Assembly: GCA_041587235.1 (NCBI GenBank)
Contig: JBFGYW010000002.1
Location: 793-64,792, forward strand
Source: Vibrio sp.
Lineage (GTDB): Bacteria; Pseudomonadota; Gammaproteobacteria; Enterobacterales; Vibrionaceae
Length of the DNA stretch: 64,000 nt
Direction of reading: 5' to 3'
The translations under genes were made by a program, and so were the position numbers. This document shows positions 58,100 to 64,000 of this stretch, piece by piece (the stretch's first letter is position 1; each line of letters opens with the position of its first letter). The notes below the pieces were generated by a model. That model saw only the letters and a list, made by a program, of their open reading frames with translations, did no database searches and was not told the DNA's origin.

Positions 58100-58736
58100 T
58101 AACTTAACCAAATACTATCCGTCTGATCTTGGTAATCAATACGTCTTTCGCGACGTCAACTTTACCTTTCCCTCGGGTCACAACGTGGCCCTAATGGGGT
58201 CAAATGGCGCAGGTAAATCAACCTTGTTTCGCATCTTAGCCGGCAGTGAATACCCCAATCGCGGCCGAGTGGTCACCGACCGAGCCCTATCTTGGCCGGT
58301 TGCCCTGTCGACCGGTATTCACCCGCAAATGACCGGACGTGAAAACACCCGCTTTATCGGACGAGTCAACGGCGTGGCCAACCTCGATGAATACGAAGAA
58401 AAGGTCAAAGAGTTCGCCGAACTCGGCGTAAAATACGATTTGCCGGTCGCCAGTTATTCCAGTGGTATGCGCTCGCGTTTGGCTTTTGGTTGTTGTATCG
58501 CGGTCAACTTTGATGTTTATCTGATTGATGAAGCGACGTCGGTTGGCGATCAAAAATTTCGCAAAAAAGCCAAGCAAGCCCTGCTGGATAAAAGCAAACA
58601 ATCGCATGTCATCATGGTGAGCCACGAAGTCGATGAGCTGCGAGAATTTTGCGACAGCGTGGTGATTATTCACCAAGGTCAGCTGACGTTTTTCGACAAT
58701 TTTGACGTGGGGATCGAAGTGTATAATCAGTTATAA
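58086..58736 (+). CDS. KpsT-like ABC ATP-binding protein (polysaccharide/lipid export type)
   Basis: Walker A GSNGAGKST, signature YSSGMRSRL, Walker B VYLIDEA. The KpsT-type N-terminus includes LSWPVALSTGIHPQMTGRENTRF. No cognate permease gene lies in the window. Confidence 0.8.
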   Translation: MITLDNLTKYYPSDLGNQYVFRDVNFTFPSGHNVALMGSNGAGKSTLFRILAGSEYPNRGRVVTDRALSWPVALSTGIHPQMTGRENTRFIGRVNGVANLDEYEEKVKEFAELGVKYDLPVASYSSGMRSRLAFGCCIAVNFDVYLIDEATSVGDQKFRKKAKQALLDKSKQSHVIMVSHEVDELREFCDSVVIIHQGQLTFFDNFDVGIEVYNQL

Positions 58737-58874
58737 GTCAGTCATAAACAAACTATCGCCTAACACTTTCGTTCATTATGATAGTGAAAAAGATGATAAA
58801 AATAGATTAAAGCAAACGAAAACCGTAGTATTCACTATGTGTTTAATGGACTATCACTCGATAATAAAAATACT

Positions 58875-60608
58875 ATGCTAGGTGCTTACACTTCATACTT
58901 CGTCCTGACTTTATTTGTCCTGACCATTGCCGGCCTGATTCGCTATCAAAACCACCCTGAGCGCGTATTTGGCGTGCTTATGTTGGTCTTGATTGCCACT
59001 AACATGGTGACTCAGCAACAAGTGGTGTCTAGCTTTGCCAATCCGGGCTTGTTGACCTTGATTTTGTTAATGGTCTGCTCTTTGGCGCTTGAGAAAACCA
59101 AACTGCTGCGTTTAGTCGCCGGGTATGTCATTCAAAAAAGCTACAACGCGACTTGGTTACGCCTGTATCTGTTAACCACTTTCTCATCGGCAATTTTAAA
59201 TAACACCGCGGTGGTCTCAACCATGTTGGCGCCGATTCGCAATAATCCGCATCACCCAGCCAGTCGCTTGTTGTTGCCTCTATCGTATGCGGCCATTCTC
59301 GGCGGCACCTTGACCTTAGTCGGGACCTCGACCAATTTGATCGTCAACAGTATGGCGCTTGATGCTGGCTTGCCTGGGCTGCACTTTTTTGACTTTACGT
59401 TAGTCGGCGCTTGCTTGGTCAGTGTGGTCGGTCTGTTATTGTTCGCATTGTCGCGCTTTTTGCCCAACTACAAGGTGATCACCACCAACCCAACCGATTA
59501 CTTTATCGATGCCAAGATACAAGAAGACTCGGAGCTGATCGGCAAAACCATCGAAGCCAACGGCCTGCGTAATTTAGAGTCGTTGTTCTTGGTTGAGATT
59601 TTACGCGAAGGCCACCTGATTTCGCCCGTCTCACCGACCGAAGTACTCAAAGCAGACGATCGCCTTATTTTCAGTGGCGATATCAAAAAGGTCACTTTGC
59701 TCAATCAATTTGACGGCTTGGCTCTGTTTGCTTACGAAAATGGCCTGCCCATCGATAACTTGACCGAAGTGGTGATTCGGCCAGAAAGTATTTTAGCCGG
59801 TAAAACCCTGAAAAGGGCCGGTTTTCGCGCCTTGTTTGATGCCGCTGTTGTCGCCTTAAGACGCGATGGCGAAGCCATTTCAGGCAAACTCGGTGAGCAA
59901 GTCCTTCGCCCCGGCGACTATTTGGTGCTTGCTGTCGGGGAAGATTTTAAGAGCCGCCGCAACATTAACAAGAACTTCTTTTTGATCAGCGGCGTGACCC
60001 CAGATCACATGCTCAAAGGCACACAGGAAAAGCTAGCGATTGGCGGTTTTTTCTTGGCGATTGCCGCTGCAGCTTTTGGCTGGCTCCCTCTGTTTCAAGG
60101 CATGTTGCTGCTGTTGGGGGTGTTGTTAGTCAGTGGTTGCTTACAAACCAACGAAATATTACAGCGCTTGCCCACCCAAATTTGGTTGATTATTTCCTCA
60201 GCGCTGTTGCTCTCGCAGGCACTGGAAAACAGCCAAGCCCTCGACGGTTTAAAGCTATGGATTGCCGAGCACCCGCAAAGCTTTACCCCGTTCACGGCGT
60301 TAGTCGTGGTGTATTTGCTGACTTGGGTATTTACCGAACTGGTGACCAATAACGCCGCGGCAGCGCTGGCTTTTCCCATTGCTTATGGATTGGCCTCAAG
60401 TTTGGGTGCGGATTTACACAGCTTTATTTTGGTGGTGGCGTTTGGCGCTAGCGCGAGTTTTATCAGCCCCTATGGCTATCAAACAAACCTAATGGTGTAC
60501 AACGCCGGCCAATACCGAATTCAGGATTACGTTAAAGTGGGCTTGCCGATCAGCTTGCTCTACGGCGTAACCGTTATTAGTGCGATCAGCTATTTTTATG
60601 GGGTTTAA
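58875..60608 (+). CDS. SLC13/DASS-family permease with two internal TrkA-C domains (probable sulfate/anion transporter)
   Basis: Polytopic N- and C-terminal halves flank two TrkA_C-like segments (IGKTIEANGLRN..., LAGKTLKRAGFR...). Adjacent to the cys genes. The start is uncertain (GTG 58839 or ATG 58875). Confidence 0.75.
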   Translation: MLGAYTSYFVLTLFVLTIAGLIRYQNHPERVFGVLMLVLIATNMVTQQQVVSSFANPGLLTLILLMVCSLALEKTKLLRLVAGYVIQKSYNATWLRLYLLTTFSSAILNNTAVVSTMLAPIRNNPHHPASRLLLPLSYAAILGGTLTLVGTSTNLIVNSMALDAGLPGLHFFDFTLVGACLVSVVGLLLFALSRFLPNYKVITTNPTDYFIDAKIQEDSELIGKTIEANGLRNLESLFLVEILREGHLISPVSPTEVLKADDRLIFSGDIKKVTLLNQFDGLALFAYENGLPIDNLTEVVIRPESILAGKTLKRAGFRALFDAAVVALRRDGEAISGKLGEQVLRPGDYLVLAVGEDFKSRRNINKNFFLISGVTPDHMLKGTQEKLAIGGFFLAIAAAAFGWLPLFQGMLLLLGVLLVSGCLQTNEILQRLPTQIWLIISSALLLSQALENSQALDGLKLWIAEHPQSFTPFTALVVVYLLTWVFTELVTNNAAAALAFPIAYGLASSLGADLHSFILVVAFGASASFISPYGYQTNLMVYNAGQYRIQDYVKVGLPISLLYGVTVISAISYFYGV

Positions 60609-60760
60609 ACATCCCGCTGACGTATGCACCACCCGCAAGACTTATACTTTGTGTTTTACGCAACGTATAAAAATGATAGCAACACTTTGCACAAAGCACG
60701 GTGTAAGCGGTATGCTGTCTTTATTAACAGAATAACTAGTTAGAATAGGGAACATCTGAG

Positions 60761-61675
60761 ATGACTATTTCTCCTGAGCGTATGACTCACTTAAAACAAT
60801 TGGAAGCCGAGTCGATCCATATCATTCGCGAAGTCGCGGCCGAGTTTGACAACCCAGTAATGCTGTACTCCGTGGGTAAAGATTCATCGGTTATGCTGCA
60901 CCTTGCTCGCAAAGCGTTTGCCCCAGGTAAACCGCCTTTCCCATTGATGCACGTTGATACCACTTGGAAGTTTAAAGAAATGTATCAATTCCGCGATCAA
61001 ATGGCAGAGAAAGTCGGCATGAACTTGATTGTTCACCAAAACCCTGAAGGTTTGGCGATGAACATCAGCCCGTTTACCCACGGCAGTTCACAACACACCG
61101 ACATCATGAAAACCCAAGGTCTGAAGCAAGCACTAGACAAATACGGTTTTGATGCAGCTTTTGGAGGTGCTCGCCGCGACGAGGAAAAATCTCGAGCGAA
61201 AGAACGCGTTTACTCTTTCCGCGATGAACACCACCGTTGGGATCCAAAAAACCAACGTCCTGAGCTGTGGAACATCTACAACGGCAAAGTCAACAAAGGC
61301 GAAAGCATCCGCGTTTTCCCACTGTCAAACTGGACTGAGCTCGATATCTGGCAATACATCTACCTAGAAAGCATCGAAATACCTGATCTGTACCTGTCGA
61401 AAAAACGCCCAGTGGTTGAGCGCGACGGCATGCTAATCATGCGCGACGACGAGCGTATGGAGCTGAAAGAAGGCGAAGAGATCACCGAAAAAATGGTTCG
61501 TTTCCGCACCTTGGGTTGTTACCCATTGACCGGCGCAGTTGAGTCGGAAGCGACGACATTGACCGAAGTTATTCAAGAAATGCTGTTGACTACCACGTCT
61601 GAACGCCAAGGTCGTGCCATTGACCACGATAGCTCAGGCTCAATGGAGAAGAAAAAGCGCGAAGGCTACTTCTAA
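60761..61675 (+). CDS. cysD: sulfate adenylyltransferase subunit 2
   Basis: 304 aa with CysD-type sequence ([33 protein letters not shown]-loop). Confidence 0.95.
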   Translation: MTISPERMTHLKQLEAESIHIIREVAAEFDNPVMLYSVGKDSSVMLHLARKAFAPGKPPFPLMHVDTTWKFKEMYQFRDQMAEKVGMNLIVHQNPEGLAMNISPFTHGSSQHTDIMKTQGLKQALDKYGFDAAFGGARRDEEKSRAKERVYSFRDEHHRWDPKNQRPELWNIYNGKVNKGESIRVFPLSNWTELDIWQYIYLESIEIPDLYLSKKRPVVERDGMLIMRDDERMELKEGEEITEKMVRFRTLGCYPLTGAVESEATTLTEVIQEMLLTTTSERQGRAIDHDSSGSMEKKKREGYF

Positions 61676-61755
61676 GCCCAAGTGTTGGGTTTATGCCTGT
61701 TTAACGCCGAGCGCCACGAGCGCTTGAAATGACATGGAAAGAGATCGTCTCATTT

Positions 61756-62418
61756 ATGACAACGCCATATGAAAAGAAAGACAACGATTCGGTGAGTGAC
61801 GATGTGGTTTGGCACAATACCACGGTAACTCATCAAGACCGCGTCTCTCTCAAACAACAAAAACCCGTCGTGCTTTGGTTCACCGGTTTGAGTGGCTCGG
61901 GAAAATCCACCATTGCCAATGCCGTAGAGAGCCAGCTTTTGCACCTGGGCAAACACAGCTATTTGCTCGATGGCGACAATGTGCGTCATGGCCTGAACAA
62001 AGATTTGGGCTTTAGCGATACCGATCGCGTGGAAAACATTCGTCGCATTGGCGAAGTGGCTAAGCTGTTTGTCGACTCAGGTACCATAGTGTTAACGGCT
62101 TTTATCTCACCGTTTATCTCCGATCGCCAACAGGTGCGAGATTTACTGGCAGCAGACCAGTTCTTAGAGGTGTTTATTGATACACCACTGGAGGTGTGTG
62201 AATCCCGAGATCCTAAAGGCTTGTACAAAAAAGCCCGCGCTGGGGAAATTAAGCATTTCACTGGGATTGATTCTGAGTATCAAGCCCCTATCAATGCCGA
62301 AATCCACGTCCAAACCGCGGACTTATCTGTTGAACAATGTGCCACTCAAGTGATTGAGAAGCTCAGTCAACTCGGCTACTTACAACTGAACGCGCAGGAG
62401 GCCTCTCATGCATTATGA
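61756..62418 (+). CDS. cysC: adenylyl-sulfate (APS) kinase
   Basis: P-loop [24 protein letters not shown] and FISPF blocks. The start (61729 or 61756) is uncertain. Confidence 0.9.
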   Translation: MTTPYEKKDNDSVSDDVVWHNTTVTHQDRVSLKQQKPVVLWFTGLSGSGKSTIANAVESQLLHLGKHSYLLDGDNVRHGLNKDLGFSDTDRVENIRRIGEVAKLFVDSGTIVLTAFISPFISDRQQVRDLLAADQFLEVFIDTPLEVCESRDPKGLYKKARAGEIKHFTGIDSEYQAPINAEIHVQTADLSVEQCATQVIEKLSQLGYLQLNAQEASHAL

Positions 62419-63370
62419 TGTCTTTAATGGCGATGCCGATGGCATTATTGCCCTGCTGCAGCTTCGCCTAGCTGACCCCAAAGACAGCCAGTTGATTACT
62501 GGCGTTAAGCGCGATATCCAACTGCTACAACAAGTGGCAGAAGCCAGTGATGTCACTTCAGTGACCACGCTGGATATCTCGATGGAGAAAAACAAAGCGC
62601 CACTTGAGGCGTTACTGGCACGCGGTATTGAGACGTTTTACTGTGACCACCATCGCGCCGGTGATATTCCAAGCAGTGATCACTTACACGCCTTGATCGA
62701 TCTCGACGCGGAAACCTGTACCAGCTTGCTGATCAATCAGCACCTGGATCAGCGCTACCCAACTTGGGCGATTGCGGCGGCCTTTGGCGACAATATGTTT
62801 AAAGCGGCAGAGGCATTAGCGGCCGAGCTTGCGCTCTCAACGCAAGATACCGACTTTTTAAAAGAGCTTGGTACCTTGATTAATTACAACGGCTATGGCG
62901 CCAGTATTGACGATTTGCATATCCCACCAGCAACCTTGTTTCAACAGCTGCTCGGCTATGAAAATCCGTTTGATTTACGAGACGATCGTCAATCACCTTA
63001 CTATCAACTCAAAGCCGGCTATGAAAGTGATTACCAAAATGTGCTTTCGCTGACACCGATTGAAGACAGTGATATCAGCAAGGTGTTTGAGTTGCCGTGT
63101 CAGCCTTGGGCAAGGCGAATCAGTGGTGTGTTTGGCAATGAACTCGCCAATCAATCTCCCGATAAAGCCCATGCGGTTCTTACTCTTAACCGCTCTGAAC
63201 AAGACTATACCGTCAGTGTTCGCGCGCCGTTGAGCAACCGCGTTGGTGCCGATGAAATTTGCAGCCAGTTCGCCACTGGCGGAGGCCGTAAAGCCGCCGC
63301 GGGTGTTAACGCACTCCCCCTGGCCGACAAAGCACGCTTTATCGAGACACTGAATCGTTTTTATCAATAA
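62408..63370 (+). CDS. DHH/DHHA1-family phosphoesterase
   Basis: AGGAGG RBS. Motifs NGDADG (DxD), LDISM, CDHH (DHH) and GGGRKAAAG (DHHA1 GGGH-like). Overlaps the end of cysC by 11 nt. Confidence 0.8.
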   Translation: MHYDVFNGDADGIIALLQLRLADPKDSQLITGVKRDIQLLQQVAEASDVTSVTTLDISMEKNKAPLEALLARGIETFYCDHHRAGDIPSSDHLHALIDLDAETCTSLLINQHLDQRYPTWAIAAAFGDNMFKAAEALAAELALSTQDTDFLKELGTLINYNGYGASIDDLHIPPATLFQQLLGYENPFDLRDDRQSPYYQLKAGYESDYQNVLSLTPIEDSDISKVFELPCQPWARRISGVFGNELANQSPDKAHAVLTLNRSEQDYTVSVRAPLSNRVGADEICSQFATGGGRKAAAGVNALPLADKARFIETLNRFYQ

Positions 63371-63424
63371 AAGAATACTATTATTTACAAGAGCCAGGAT
63401 TGTGCTCTGAGAAGGGAATACACT

Positions 63425-64000
63425 ATGTCACATTCATCTGAATTGATTGCAAAAGACATTGAAGCTTATCTAAAGGTTCATGAAAACAAAGATCTACTAC
63501 GCTTTATCACCTGTGGTAGTGTTGATGATGGTAAATCAACCTTGATCGGCCGCTTGCTTTTTGATAGTAAATTAATTTACGAAGACCAAATGGCTGCGAT
63601 TGAGAAAGACTCACAAAAGTTCAATACCACCAATGAAGCATTTGACTTAGCGCTATTGGTCGATGGATTGCAGTCTGAGCGTGAGCAAGGCATCACCATC
63701 GATGTGGCTTACCGTTACTTCTCGACCGACAAGCGCAAGTTCATCATTGCCGATACCCCAGGGCATGAGCAATACACGCGTAACATGGTGACAGGCGCTT
63801 CGACCTGTGACCTGGCGATTGTGATGGTTGATGCTCGTCATGGCATTCAAACTCAAACCCGTCGTCACAGCTACATCTGTAGCTTGCTTGGCATCAAACA
63901 CATTATTGTTGCAATCAACAAAATGGACTTGATGGATTACAGCCAAGACGTGTACCAAAAAGTGAAAGCCGATTACCGTGAAATGGCGAAGAACTTCAAC
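63425..64000 (+). CDS. cysN: sulfate adenylyltransferase subunit 1 (GTPase), N-terminal part, continues beyond the window
   Basis: My translation from the ATG at 63425 (preceded by AAGGGA) gives [45 protein letters not shown], then [12 protein letters not shown]. These are the G1 and G3 motifs of CysN. Confidence 0.9.
   Translation, partial: MSHSSELIAKDIEAYLKVHENKDLLRFITCGSVDDGKSTLIGRLLFDSKLIYEDQMAAIEKDSQKFNTTNEAFDLALLVDGLQSEREQGITIDVAYRYFSTDKRKFIIADTPGHEQYTRNMVTGASTCDLAIVMVDARHGIQTQTRRHSYICSLLGIKHIIVAINKMDLMDYSQDVYQKVKADYREMAKNFN

Overview
The window reads as chromosomal DNA from a marine gammaproteobacterium. A Vibrionaceae-like origin is my inference from gene content only. About 50 protein genes are supported. 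I saw no rRNA, tRNA, CRISPR array, transposase or integrase. Main blocks: (1) 1-9.8 kb holds c-di-GMP turnover genes (two HD-GYP, one PAS-GGDEF-EAL), metQ, and DMT and MATE transporters. (2) 9.9-22.5 kb is an alginate utilisation locus: two tandem oligoalginate lyases, kdgF-kdgK-eda, three PL7 lyases and a Na+/solute symporter. (3) 22.6-25.2 kb is a translationally coupled cNMP/CBS/DUF294 plus DnaQ-like exonuclease pair. (4) 25.5-34 kb is a compact bcsA-B-Z-C cellulose operon preceded by an unassigned small membrane ORF. (5) 34-37.3 kb holds an MFS transporter, a FadR-type GntR regulator and an SDR. (6) katG is followed by a 0.7 kb repeat-rich spacer and an orphan rfbB. (7) 41.6-50.1 kb is a LysR-controlled peptide-type ABC importer coupled to a 688-aa protein with an M14/AstE-AspA-like domain. 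(8) TetR plus an NADP oxidoreductase, then a CSS-motif EAL protein. (9) 54.2-58.7 kb is a poorly characterised glycan-type module: an unknown ORF, an RgpF-like/HAD fusion, an unknown possibly SCP2-like ORF, and a KpsT-like ATPase with no permease. (10) 58.9-64 kb is a sulfate activation operon in the unusual order SLC13 permease, cysD, cysC, DHH/DHHA1 phosphoesterase, cysN. The most interesting leads are: a near-perfect palindrome ATTGTA-N-TACAAT shared by promoters of the alginate genes and of the distant GntR-adjacent SDR; the orphan glycan module next to the PAPS genes; the DHH protein inserted between cysD/cysC and cysN; the M14-domain protein coupled to the ABC importer; and the small membrane ORF overlapping bcsA. 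All functional calls come from motif recognition by eye. No database search was run.
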